DNA of 64,000 bases. Source: an uncultured Gammaproteobacteria bacterium. Lineage in GTDB: Bacteria; Pseudomonadota; Gammaproteobacteria; Pseudomonadales; JAHEGP01. The notes under the pieces are model-generated. The model was not told the origin of the DNA, made no database searches, and worked only from the letters and a program-made list of their open reading frames with translations. A program made the position numbers and the translations under genes. This document shows, in pieces, positions 30,583 through 39,985 of the stretch. The stretch spans positions 116,661-180,660 of the forward strand of contig CAWBXV010000001.1 in assembly GCA_963792875.1 (NCBI GenBank). Reading direction: 5' to 3'. Numbering within the stretch: position 1 is the first letter of the stretch; the number at the start of each line of letters is the position of its first letter.

Positions 30583-31304
30583 CCGCGCTGTTCATCGCCG
30601 ATCTTCACCTCTCGCCCGACCGCCCCGGCACTACGCGCGCCTTTCTGGACTTTCTGGAGCGGCGCGCCAGCCGCGCCGAGGCCCTGTATATCCTCGGCGA
30701 CCTGTTCGAGGCCTGGATCGGCGATGACGACCCCTCTGAACTCGCCAGGACCGTCATCGACGCGCTGCAGCGGCTGAGCCGCGGCGGCACCGCGCTGTTT
30801 TTCCTGCACGGCAACCGGGATTTTCTGGTCGGCAGGCGATTCGGCCGCGAGACCGGCGCCCAGCTGCTGCCCGAGGTGCACGTGGCGAACCTGTACGGGC
30901 AGCCGGTGCTGCTCCTGCACGGCGACAGCCTGTGCCTCGCGGACGAGGCCTATCAGCGCTTTCGGCGCCGCGTGCGCAACCCGGCGGTGCGCTGGCTGCT
31001 GCGCCACCTGCCGCTGCGCAGGCGCCTGCAGATCGCCGCGGACTGGCGCCGCAAGAGCATGCAGTCCAACAGCAACAAGGCCGACCACATCATGGACGTC
31101 AGCGCCGCAGCGGTGGTCGAGCTGATGCGGCGCCATCGCGTGGCCACCATGATCCACGGCCACACCCACCGGCCGGCGGTACACGACTTGACGCTGAATG
31201 GGAGGGCTGCCCGGCGCATCGTGCTGGGCGACTGGGGATCACTCGGGTGGGCCGTGGAAGCCAGCCCCCACGGCCTGGAATTGCGGAGTTTTGCTATCGG
31301 ATAG
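30579..31304 (+). CDS. lpxH: UDP-2,3-diacylglucosamine diphosphatase LpxH
   Basis: [16 protein letters not shown]...[15 protein letters not shown]...LHGNRDFL calcineurin-like motifs of LpxH. ATGA overlap with the ppiB stop. Confidence 0.92.
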   Translation: MTALFIADLHLSPDRPGTTRAFLDFLERRASRAEALYILGDLFEAWIGDDDPSELARTVIDALQRLSRGGTALFFLHGNRDFLVGRRFGRETGAQLLPEVHVANLYGQPVLLLHGDSLCLADEAYQRFRRRVRNPAVRWLLRHLPLRRRLQIAADWRRKSMQSNSNKADHIMDVSAAAVVELMRRHRVATMIHGHTHRPAVHDLTLNGRAARRIVLGDWGSLGWAVEASPHGLELRSFAIG

Positions 31305-31319
31305 CGGCTGCGACCACGA

Positions 31320-31505
31320 TCACGCCCGGCGGCGCCACTCGCTTTCGGGGTTCAGGTGGTCGACGCCCTGCCACCAGAACACCTGGTTCTGGTGAGGGTT
31401 ACCGCGACGATCCGGTACGGTGCGGCGACAGATGATCTCATCGCGGTTGCACTCGACGCGGCGCCGGTCCTGTACTCTGCGCTCTTTGAAGACCTGCTCT
31501 TGCAT
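31320..31505 (-). CDS. small arginine-rich hypothetical protein (DRR-motif / WW), paralogue of 12424..12615
   Basis: 61 aa (MQEQVFKERRVQDRRRVECNRDEIICRRTVPDRRGNPHQNQVFWWQGVDHLNPESEWRRRA). Strong RBS GGGGAGGAG 7-8 nt upstream of the ATG. Alignable motif-for-motif with the 63-aa ORF at 12424. Confidence 0.6.
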   Translation of the reverse strand: MQEQVFKERRVQDRRRVECNRDEIICRRTVPDRRGNPHQNQVFWWQGVDHLNPESEWRRRA

Positions 31506-31653
31506 GGAATGACTCCTCCCCTTGGTGCCTTTCTAGTTATTATCGCCCGCAGATGGTCACCACCCACAGTGGTCGCCACGCTAGCAGATTTCGCGCGCGA
31601 TTACACCCCCAGCAAGCGGTTTTTTTACGGTTTTTTTTGCGGTGGGCGCGGCA

Positions 31654-32256
31654 TCAGGCCGGCACCCCGCTGTGAAAGCGGAAATCCGCATCCGCGGATG
31701 CGATCAGCTCAAACTCCAGCGCCCTGAAATGCTCGATGCGCGCCGCCACGGCAGCGCCCGCGGTGCGCTGCGCCAGCTCGAGGTAGTGCTGATAGTGCCT
31801 GGCCTCGGACCGCAGCAGCGAGGCATAGAACCTGCCGAGCCTGTCATCCAGGCGCGGCGCCAGCGCGGCAAAGCGCTCGCAGGAGCGTGCCTCTATAAAG
31901 GCACCGACGATCAGGGTATCGATGAGCCGGGCCGGCTCATGCGTGCGCACGTGCCGGCGCAACTCGCCCGCGTAGCGCGACGGCGACACGTGCACGTAGG
32001 CTATGGCCCGCTCAGCCATGATCGCCAGCACCTGCTCAAAGTGCCGCAACTCCTCCCTGGCCAGGCGCGACATGGCGTTCAGCAGCTCGGCATCGTCGAT
32101 ATACCGATACATCAGCTGCAGGGCGGTACTGGCGGCTTTCTTTTCGCAATTGGCGTGGTCGATGAGCAGCACGGGCAGGTTGTCCAGGGCGCAGTCCAGC
32201 CAGGCCCGCGGCGTCGGACCACCCAGGAAGGCATGGAGTTCGGCAAGGTCGGTCAT
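31654..32256 (-). CDS. miaE: tRNA-(ms2io6A)-hydroxylase MiaE (ferritin-like diiron)
   Basis: Start at MTDLAELHAF (ATG 32256). LIDHANCEKKAA...REELRHFE...GAFIEARSCERF...SEARHY are the diiron E/H ligand motifs of MiaE. Confidence 0.8.
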   Translation of the reverse strand: MTDLAELHAFLGGPTPRAWLDCALDNLPVLLIDHANCEKKAASTALQLMYRYIDDAELLNAMSRLAREELRHFEQVLAIMAERAIAYVHVSPSRYAGELRRHVRTHEPARLIDTLIVGAFIEARSCERFAALAPRLDDRLGRFYASLLRSEARHYQHYLELAQRTAGAAVAARIEHFRALEFELIASADADFRFHSGVPA

Positions 32257-32456
32257 GCGGGTCTCGCGGTGCTGAAGCGGCGGCCAAGTATACAACGGCG
32301 CGCCGCGCCCTGGCACCGCAGTCCCGGCCGGCCGCACGCTGAATCCTTAACTACGGCGGCCGCTTCCGGTACAATTCAACGGTTTTCACATCAACTGATC
32401 GAACCCACGGTCCCTGCGCGGCCATGCCGCCGGATCGTTCCTGTGGAGGTAGCAAA

Positions 32457-35051
32457 GTGCTTGAAGCGTATCGCGAACACGTAGCAGAACGGGCAGCCCT
32501 GGGCATTCCGCCCCGACCGCTGTCGCCCGAGCAGGTCGCCGAACTGGTCGAATTGCTCAAGTCTCCTCCCGCCGGCGAAGCAGAAACGCTGCTCGAGCTC
32601 ATCTCCGACCGGGTGCCGCCGGGCGTGGATGAGGCCGCCTATGTCAAGGCCGGCTTTCTTACCGCCATCGCCAAGGGCGAGGCCAGCTCGCCGCTGATCG
32701 ACCGGCAGGCTGCCATCAGACTGCTGGGAAACATGCACGGCGGCTACAATATCGCGACCCTGGTGGCGCTGCTCGATGACAGCGAGCTGGCGGCCGCAGC
32801 GGCCGAGCAGCTCAAGCACACCCTGCTGATGTTCGACGCCTTCCACGACGTCGACGAGAGGGCCAGGGCCGGCAACGAGCAGGCGCGCGCGCTGCTGCAG
32901 TCGTGGGCGGACGGCGAGTGGTTCACCAGCCGCCCCGAAGTGCCTCATTCCACGGTGGTCACGGTCTTCAAGGTCGCCGGCGAGACCAACACCGACGACC
33001 TCTCGCCCGCACCCGATGCCTGGTCGCGCCCGGACATTCCACTGCATGCCCTGGCCATGTACAAGATGCCCCGCGAGGGCATCACCAACGCCAAGTCGCA
33101 GATCGAGGAGCTCAAGGCCAAGGGACACCCCATAGCTTTCGTCGGGGACGTGGTCGGCACCGGTTCATCGCGCAAGTCGGCCACCAACTCCGTACTCTGG
33201 TACATCGGCGACGACATGCCGGGGGTGCCCAACAAGCGCAGCGGCGGCATCTGCATCGGCGGCAAGGTCGCCCCCATCTTCTACAACACGATGGAAGACG
33301 CCGGCGCCCTGGTGTTCGAGGCCCCCGTGGAGGCGCTCAATTGCGGTGACGTCATCGACATCCGCCCCTACGACGGCAAAATCCTCGATGCCCAGAGCGG
33401 CGCCGTGCTGTCGGAGTTCACCCTCAAATCCGAGGTGCTGCTGGACGAGGTGCGCGCCGGCGGACGCATCAACCTGATCATCGGCCGGGGCTTGACCGAA
33501 CGCGCCCGCGAAGCGCTGGGACTGGGGCCCTCCACGCTGTTCCGCGCGCCGACCCAGCCGCCGGATTCCGGCCGGGGCTATTCGACCGCCCAGAAGATGG
33601 TGGGTCGCGCCTGCGGCGTCGAGGGCGTGCGGCCGGGCACCTACTGCGAGCCGCGCATGACCACCGTGGGCTCCCAGGACACCACCGGCCCCATGACCCG
33701 CGATGAACTCAAGGACCTGGCCTGTCTGGGATTCTCGGCCGATCTGGTGATGCAGTCCTTCTGCCACACCGCCGCCTACCCGAAGCCGGTGGACATCGAT
33801 ACGCAGCACACCCTCCCCGACTTCATCATGACCCGCGGCGGGGTCTCTCTGCGCCCCGGCGACGGCATCATCCACAGCTGGCTCAACCGCATGCTGCTGC
33901 CGGACACGGTCGGCACGGGGGGGGATTCCCACACCCGCTTCCCGATGGGCATCTCCTTCCCCGCCGGTTCCGGCCTGGTCGCCTTCGCCGCCGCTACCGG
34001 CGTCATGCCGCTGGACATGCCGGAGTCCGTGCTGGTGCGCTTCAAGGGCACCATGCAGCCCGGCATCACCCTGCGCGACCTGGTCCACGCCATCCCCTAT
34101 TACGCCATCCAGCAGGGCCTGCTGACGGTGGAGAAGAAGGGCAAGAAAAACTTCTTCTCCGGGCGCATCCTGGAAATCGAGGGGCTGCCCGACCTGACCG
34201 TGGAGCAGGCTTTCGAGCTCTCTGATGCGTCCGCTGAGCGCTCGGCGGCCGGCTGCACCATTCAACTGTCGGAGAGTTCGATCGCGGAGTACCTGCGCTC
34301 GAATGTGACGCTGCTGCGCTGGATGATCAGCGAGGGTTACGGCGATGCCCGCACCCTGGAGCGCCGCGCCTGCAGGATGGAAGAGTGGCTGGCCAACCCG
34401 CAGCTGATCAGCGCCGATGCCGATGCCGAATACGCCGCCGTGCTGGAAATCGACCTGGACGGGATCCGCGAACCCATCGTGTGCGCCCCCAACGACCCGG
34501 ACGACGCCCGCCTGCTGTCGGAGGTCGCCGGAGACCGCGTGGACGAGGTGTTCATCGGCTCGTGCATGACCAACGTCGGCCATTTTCGCGCGGCAGGCAA
34601 ACTGCTGGACGCCAACAAGGGGGTGATCGCCACCCGCCTGTGGCTGGCGCCGCCCACCAAGATGGACGAACACATCCTGATGGAAGAGGGCTATTACAGC
34701 ATCTATGGCCGCTCCGGCGCCCGCACCGAGATGCCCGGCTGCTCTCTGTGCATGGGCAACCAGGCCCGCGTGGCTTCCGGGTCAACCGTGCTGTCGACCT
34801 CCACGCGCAATTTCCCCAACCGGCTGGGCGACGGCGCCAACGTCTATCTGACGTCCGCCGAACTCGCCGCCGTGGGCGCCATCCTGGGCCGGCTGCCGAC
34901 ACCCGAGGAGTACCTGGAGTATGCCGAGCGCATCGATTCCATGTCTGCGGATATCTACCGCTACATGAACTTCGATCAGATAGAGGCGTTTCAGGCAGGC
35001 GCGGAGAAGGGCAAGCGCATCGCGGCCACGGAGGTTGTCGAGGTCAGGTAG
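32457..35051 (+). CDS. acnB: bifunctional aconitate hydratase 2 / 2-methylisocitrate dehydratase
   Basis: Collinear with E. coli AcnB from (V)LEAYREHVAERAALGIPP to the C-terminus (e.g. VFKVAGETNTDDLSPAPDAWSRPDIPLHALAM, GSCMTNVGHFRAAGKLL, GCSLCMGNQARV). GTG 32457 with GGAGG 8 nt upstream. Confidence 0.96.
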   Translation: MLEAYREHVAERAALGIPPRPLSPEQVAELVELLKSPPAGEAETLLELISDRVPPGVDEAAYVKAGFLTAIAKGEASSPLIDRQAAIRLLGNMHGGYNIATLVALLDDSELAAAAAEQLKHTLLMFDAFHDVDERARAGNEQARALLQSWADGEWFTSRPEVPHSTVVTVFKVAGETNTDDLSPAPDAWSRPDIPLHALAMYKMPREGITNAKSQIEELKAKGHPIAFVGDVVGTGSSRKSATNSVLWYIGDDMPGVPNKRSGGICIGGKVAPIFYNTMEDAGALVFEAPVEALNCGDVIDIRPYDGKILDAQSGAVLSEFTLKSEVLLDEVRAGGRINLIIGRGLTERAREALGLGPSTLFRAPTQPPDSGRGYSTAQKMVGRACGVEGVRPGTYCEPRMTTVGSQDTTGPMTRDELKDLACLGFSADLVMQSFCHTAAYPKPVDIDTQHTLPDFIMTRGGVSLRPGDGIIHSWLNRMLLPDTVGTGGDSHTRFPMGISFPAGSGLVAFAAATGVMPLDMPESVLVRFKGTMQPGITLRDLVHAIPYYAIQQGLLTVEKKGKKNFFSGRILEIEGLPDLTVEQAFELSDASAERSAAGCTIQLSESSIAEYLRSNVTLLRWMISEGYGDARTLERRACRMEEWLANPQLISADADAEYAAVLEIDLDGIREPIVCAPNDPDDARLLSEVAGDRVDEVFIGSCMTNVGHFRAAGKLLDANKGVIATRLWLAPPTKMDEHILMEEGYYSIYGRSGARTEMPGCSLCMGNQARVASGSTVLSTSTRNFPNRLGDGANVYLTSAELAAVGAILGRLPTPEEYLEYAERIDSMSADIYRYMNFDQIEAFQAGAEKGKRIAATEVVEVR

Positions 35052-35074
35052 CCTGCCGGCAGGCGCCGGGACAT

Positions 35075-35110
35075 CCGCGGCCCCTCGGCATGCTGGCCGA
35101 GGGGCCGCGG
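35075..35110. terminator. perfect 15-bp GC-rich hairpin between convergent acnB and the TerB-like gene (putative bidirectional terminator / REP-like element)
   Basis: CCGCGGCCCCTCGGC-atgctg-GCCGAGGGGCCGCGG. No clear U-tract on either side. A second, shorter hairpin (CCGCGCCC..GGGCGCGG) lies near 35154-35172. Confidence 0.45.
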
Positions 35111-35201
35111 GCTTCGATCGCGGGCCGGCGCACAGTCGCTGGCAAGCGGCTGCCGCGCCCCCGGGCGCGGGGGAGCAGCCCGGGCCAGGTGTGCCGCTGC
35201 A

Positions 35202-35672
35202 TCAATCCATGATGCGTTCCAGATAGTGCATCAGGCGGCCGAACGGCCCCCGGGTCGCCGCCAGTTCCTGCTCGAACTGGGTGGCATCGGCGACGAGCTG
35301 CCGCCGATAGTCGGCGATATCAGCGCGAATGGCCGCCACGTCCAGCGTGGCCATGTGGGCCTCTTTGATCTTCTCATAGACCTCTCTCTCGCTATGGCAC
35401 ATGCTGCCATCCTCCCAGAAGATGACATCCGCGATATTGAGAAGGTGAGCCCGGTCCTGTAAATCGGTGATCTGCGGCCACACCTCGTCGAGCCTGACGG
35501 GGCGATCGACCTCCTCCCGGAGCTGCGCCTTCTGTGATGCCGACAGCTGCTTGTTGTGCTCGATGTAGACGAGGATGCGCTCTCGCTCACCGGCGTCCAG
35601 CTCGCGGTCTGCCCACGCCAGGGCGATGGTCGCGCGAAACATTGCATAATGGCTCTCAGTAGCCTCTGTCAT
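35202..35672 (-). CDS. TerB-like (tellurite-resistance TerB / DjlA-N fold) hypothetical protein
   Basis: 156 aa from ATG 35672 (RBS GGGAGA). Two-lobed pattern IALAWADRELDAGERERIL...LLNIADVIFWEDGSMCHSEREVYEKI resembles TerB-domain repeats (A-x-ADG-x-hydrophobic-x3-E). The 466-aa track ORF is a run-on. Confidence 0.5.
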   Translation of the reverse strand: MTEATESHYAMFRATIALAWADRELDAGERERILVYIEHNKQLSASQKAQLREEVDRPVRLDEVWPQITDLQDRAHLLNIADVIFWEDGSMCHSEREVYEKIKEAHMATLDVAAIRADIADYRRQLVADATQFEQELAATRGPFGRLMHYLERIMD

Positions 35673-35869
35673 GGTTATCTCCCGATAGGTGAAAAAAATC
35701 AGCCTCCATAGGCTTGATGAGGGCGCAGGGTATCGGCAACGGCCAGCGGCTGCCAGTGTCCACCCGCATGGGCTGCATCGGCCCCTGCTCGTCGGCACCA
35801 CGGCGCCAGGCCGTGCCGATGACCCGGGTCGGTGCGCCGGTGGGGGTCGGGGCTTCTGCGGGGCATCGT

Positions 35870-37975
35870 CTAGGTCGCCGGACCGCCGCCGTGCGCCTGC
35901 GGCGGCGGCAGGGGAGCCGCGCGGCCGTGCACCGGTCTGACCAGGCTCAGACGGAGCTGCAGCACGCGCAGCGCCAGCACCAGCACCAGCCCATGCAGGC
36001 GCTGGCGACGCGGCCAGTGGTAGCGCAGATCGGCGTAGGCCAGCGCCGAGTAGACGGCTGCGAAATCCGCCAGCAGGCCCTTCAATTGCGGCCAATCTTC
36101 CGCCACCCTGGCGCAATAGGCGATCATCGACTCCTGCGGGCGGCGCGCCGCCTGCTGACCAGCGCCAGCCTGCAAGCGACCGAGCAGCCAGACCACGGCG
36201 GCAGCCGCGAAGCTGGCGGGCGGCCGCCGGCGCAGGAGCAGGCCTCTTAGCAGCCACACCAGCAACAGCACACTGATGGCGACGAGCGACAGGACCAGCA
36301 CCTGCGCCAGCAGCCCGATGCTGGACCTCCCCAGCCAGTGATCCAGCCAGCGCAGCTGGTCCGCGCGGCTGTAATTGAGCACCCAGTTGTTCCAGCCGTA
36401 ATTCACCGCATCCCACCACAGGCGCACGCCCTGCAGCCAGGCCACATCGGAGTAGGCCATCCAGCCCAGCAGGCCATCCGGCCGGAACTGATCGCGCGCC
36501 AGCAGCACGCTCTCGATGCCGTTCAGCACCCGCTCCGGCGCGACCTGCGCGGTGGGATCGAAGCGCACCCACCCCGCGTCCTCCAGCCACACTTCGGCCC
36601 ACACGTGAGCGTCCATCTGACGAACGCTGAGATACGCCTCGAACGGGTTGACCTCACCGCCCAGGTAACCGCCCACCATGCGCGTGGGCACGCCGGCGGC
36701 GCGCAGCAGAAACACAAAGGCAGAGGCATAGTGCTCGCAATAGCCCTGGCGGCTGTCGAACAGAAAGCCATCGATGGCATTGCTGGCGAACGCCGGCGGC
36801 TGCAGCGTATAGACAAACGGCTCCTGGCTGAACCTGGCCAGCACGGCGTCGACGATGCGCCGGTCAGCGCCGAACTGGCTCCGCAGCTGCGCGCCCAGCG
36901 CGCGCGCCGCCGGGTTTTCCTGCCCCGGCAGCGACAGGTTCATCCGCCGCTGTTCCGGCGTCAGGGCTACCCGCAGGCTGTCGACGCGCTGGCTGGTGAC
37001 GCTGTAGGAAAAGCGCGCCCTCAGCGGCCGCTCCGACCTGAGCGTGAAATCGGCCGTCTCGATCACTCCCGGCTGTACCGAAACCGCCAGCGGCAGCGCA
37101 AACAGCCAGCGCTGATGGGTCGGCTCCACCACCACATCATACGAAAAGGCGCCACCGCCCGTCAGCTCGGGACGGGGCGCGGCCTGCATGGATGCGGGCA
37201 GTACCGTCCAGCTGCTGCCATCAAAGCCCTCCAGCACCAAGCCCCGCCAGTACAGGTCCGCGTTCGCCGGAACGCCGGCAGCGAAGGTGACGCGGAAGGC
37301 CACCTCCGCGGAGCGGGCAAACTGCCCGAAGCTGCCCAGCGACACCTTCTCGCTGATGCCCGCCTTGCGCTCCGCGCTGGGCATGGGCGCCAGCCACAGC
37401 GGGTCGACCCGCGGAAACAGCAGAAACAGCACCGCCAGCAGCGGCAGGCCCTGCAACAGGAGCCCCAGGGCGCGGGCCATGGCGGCGCCAGGACCATCCC
37501 CGCCCTCGTAATGCAGCGACAGCAGCGCCGCAGTCAGCAGCAGATAGCACAGCACCGCATAGACCGTTCCGACCAGCGACTGACCATAGAGCAAGGGCGT
37601 CGTCGCCACGAAGTAGCCCAGGAAGAGGGTGACATACATGTCGCGCGCGCGGCGGGTTTCCAGCAGCTTGAGGAAGAACACCAGGATGAGGAAGGTGACG
37701 GTGGCGTCGAGGCCGAGCTCGTCGAGAAAGCTCAGCAGCACCGCCAGCAGCGCGGCCCCGCTCAGCAGCGCCCGCATGGCACCGCTGGCAAATGGCAGCT
37801 TTTCGCGATAGATCTGCACGCGCCAGACCGCGCACAGCATGCACACGACGAACAGCCACGGCGGCAGCCCGCCGACGTGCGGCAGCACCAGGGCAAACTG
37901 TGCCAGCAGCAGCCAGTACAGGCTGGTCCGCGAGATTTGCGCCTCGTAACTCACCGCCGCGCGACCACCCTTCAT
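35870..37975 (-). CDS. tgpA: membrane transglutaminase-like protein (TgpA-type: N-terminal multi-TM domain + transglutaminase core + C-terminal TM/DUF4129-like region)
   Basis: 701 aa from ATG 37975 (ATGA overlap with the DUF58 stop). About 6 N-terminal TM helices. Cys-His-Asp triad motifs QGYCEHYASAF, DAHVWAEVW and WVRFDPT. Confidence 0.8.
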   Translation of the reverse strand: MKGGRAAVSYEAQISRTSLYWLLLAQFALVLPHVGGLPPWLFVVCMLCAVWRVQIYREKLPFASGAMRALLSGAALLAVLLSFLDELGLDATVTFLILVFFLKLLETRRARDMYVTLFLGYFVATTPLLYGQSLVGTVYAVLCYLLLTAALLSLHYEGGDGPGAAMARALGLLLQGLPLLAVLFLLFPRVDPLWLAPMPSAERKAGISEKVSLGSFGQFARSAEVAFRVTFAAGVPANADLYWRGLVLEGFDGSSWTVLPASMQAAPRPELTGGGAFSYDVVVEPTHQRWLFALPLAVSVQPGVIETADFTLRSERPLRARFSYSVTSQRVDSLRVALTPEQRRMNLSLPGQENPAARALGAQLRSQFGADRRIVDAVLARFSQEPFVYTLQPPAFASNAIDGFLFDSRQGYCEHYASAFVFLLRAAGVPTRMVGGYLGGEVNPFEAYLSVRQMDAHVWAEVWLEDAGWVRFDPTAQVAPERVLNGIESVLLARDQFRPDGLLGWMAYSDVAWLQGVRLWWDAVNYGWNNWVLNYSRADQLRWLDHWLGRSSIGLLAQVLVLSLVAISVLLLVWLLRGLLLRRRPPASFAAAAVVWLLGRLQAGAGQQAARRPQESMIAYCARVAEDWPQLKGLLADFAAVYSALAYADLRYHWPRRQRLHGLVLVLALRVLQLRLSLVRPVHGRAAPLPPPQAHGGGPAT

Positions 37976-38943
37976 GCCGGCGTCCCGCTGAACCCGTGGC
38001 GAGCCAGCTGCTCCAGCAAGCGGCGCCGGTGCTCCAGCCCCTGGGACGGAGCGATCTCCCTGCCCCCCAGGCGAAGCCCGAAGGGAGCGCTCTGCGCGCT
38101 CAGTTGCAGCACGGCGTAGCACAGCGCCGAGAGCCGGTCCTCCGGGTTGCTTGCCGGGACCAGCACCTCGTCGATCCAGAGCTCCTGCTGCTGCGCTTCC
38201 TCGAACTGCATCGTCATCAGCGGCTGCTGCTTGGCGAAGGCCTTCCACAACACCTGCCGCGGCGGATCGCTGGGCCGCCACGGGCGGATATTGCTGAACT
38301 CGTCGCGCTGCTGATCGCTGCAGCGGCCCGCGCCCAGAGCGCGCGCCGCCACCGGCAGCGGCCGCACCATGCGGGGCCGGGGGTACACCCAGCAGGCGAG
38401 CTGCAGATCCTGCCAGCTCCAGGCGCGGAACAGGCCCAGGGGGTAGACGGTCTCCACCCGGACGCGGCCGGGGCGCAGCAGTCCGCGCCGGGGGGCATCG
38501 TGGTACAACTCCACGACGGCTTCCGACTGCCCGTCGAGGCTGCTCCGCGCCACGCCCTGGCCGGGCCATCCCGCCGCGATGGCATAATGTCTGCGGCCGG
38601 CCTCGCGCTGCAGGTGCAGCCGGAACGCCACCCGGTCACCGGCAAAGGCGGGGACGCAGCTGCCGCGGCGCAGGCGCAGCCCGGCGAGATTGGCATACGT
38701 CAGGAACATCGCCACCACCAGCTGCCCAACCAGCAGAAAGGCCAGCAGGTAGATCGCGTTGTTCTGGTAGTTGATGGCCGTCACCAGCAGCAGCAGCACC
38801 AGCGCCAGATAGACCAGGCCGGCCCGCGTGGGAAAGATGAAGATGCGTCGATGGTCCAGGCGCACAGTCTCCGCCGGCGGATTGCGCCTCAGCAGCCAGC
38901 GCTCGACGTGAGGCTCCATGCGGACCCGGAGCGCCGCCAGCAT
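37972..38943 (-). CDS. DUF58 domain-containing protein (vWA-like MoxR partner)
   Basis: 323 aa. RIFIFPTRAGLVYLALVLLLLVTAINYQNNAIYLLAFLL (two TM helices) followed by a DUF58-type core. Starts 3 nt after the MoxR stop. Confidence 0.75.
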   Translation of the reverse strand: MLAALRVRMEPHVERWLLRRNPPAETVRLDHRRIFIFPTRAGLVYLALVLLLLVTAINYQNNAIYLLAFLLVGQLVVAMFLTYANLAGLRLRRGSCVPAFAGDRVAFRLHLQREAGRRHYAIAAGWPGQGVARSSLDGQSEAVVELYHDAPRRGLLRPGRVRVETVYPLGLFRAWSWQDLQLACWVYPRPRMVRPLPVAARALGAGRCSDQQRDEFSNIRPWRPSDPPRQVLWKAFAKQQPLMTMQFEEAQQQELWIDEVLVPASNPEDRLSALCYAVLQLSAQSAPFGLRLGGREIAPSQGLEHRRRLLEQLARHGFSGTPA

Positions 38944-38946
38944 CGG

Positions 38947-39864
38947 CTAGGCCAGCACGTCGACCGACGCGAGCACCCGGTGCACGATGGCGCCGTCGGC
39001 CGGCAGCAGGTGTGCACCATCGCGCAGGCGGTGGCCGGTGACGGCGGGAAAGACCTGCTGGACATCTTCGGGCACGACGTAGTCCCTACCCTCCATGGCC
39101 GCCCAGGCCCGCGCGCAGCGCAGCAACGCCAGCACGCCCCTGGGCGAAAGTCCGACGCCGATATCGCCGTCCTGGCGCGTGAAGCCGACCAGCCGCTGCA
39201 GATAATCCAGCAGGCTCTCGCTGGTCTTCACCGCGTCCGCCCGATCCTGCAACGCGAGCAGTGTCTCCCGACCGAGCGAGGGCTGCAGCTGCTGCAGGCG
39301 CTGTTCCCCCGGTATGCCCAGCAGAATCTCGCGCTCTGCGCGGGGGTCGGGATAGCCCAGCTGAATGCGCATCATGAAGCGGTCCAGCTGCGATTCCGGC
39401 AGGGGAAAAGTCCCGCCCTGGTAGTCGGGGTTCTGCGTGGCGATGACGAAATAGGGATCCGGCAGCTGCCGGGTGCGGCCGTCGGCGGTCACCTGCTGCT
39501 CGGCCATGGCCTCCAGCAGCGCGCTCTGAGTTTTGGGGGTGGCGCGGTTGATCTCATCGGCCAGCAGCACCTGGGTGAACACCGGGCCGGCATGGAATAC
39601 GAAGCGGCCATCGTCCTTGTCGAAGATGGATACGCCGATGATGTCACCGGGAAGCAGGTCGCTGGTGAACTGAATGCGCTGGAACTCCAGCCCCAGCGCC
39701 CGCGCCAGTGCCCGCGCCAGCGTGGTCTTGCCCATCCCCGGCAGGTCTTCGATGAGCAGATGACCGCGGGCGAGCAGACAGCACAGGGCCAGCCTGACCT
39801 GCCCCTCTTTGCCTACCAGCACGGTGCCGATGGCCTGCACCAGTTGATCGATCTGCTTCTGCAT
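38947..39864 (-). CDS. MoxR-family AAA+ ATPase
   Basis: Start at MQKQIDQL (ATG 39864). Walker A DLPGMGKTTLARALA, FTSDLLPGDIIG, Walker B LLADEINRATPKTQSALLEAM and VIATQNP are hallmarks of the MoxR/AAA_3 family. Confidence 0.9.
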   Translation of the reverse strand: MQKQIDQLVQAIGTVLVGKEGQVRLALCCLLARGHLLIEDLPGMGKTTLARALARALGLEFQRIQFTSDLLPGDIIGVSIFDKDDGRFVFHAGPVFTQVLLADEINRATPKTQSALLEAMAEQQVTADGRTRQLPDPYFVIATQNPDYQGGTFPLPESQLDRFMMRIQLGYPDPRAEREILLGIPGEQRLQQLQPSLGRETLLALQDRADAVKTSESLLDYLQRLVGFTRQDGDIGVGLSPRGVLALLRCARAWAAMEGRDYVVPEDVQQVFPAVTGHRLRDGAHLLPADGAIVHRVLASVDVLA

Positions 39865-39985
39865 GCATCCCCCCGCAGCACTGCCCCCGGCTGCCGTGCG
39901 GCGCCGGGAACCGACAGTGACCACAGTATAGACCACAGTTTCCGGGTCTATGCCCTGCCGGCGAAGCGTCCTGCGAGCCCGGGAG

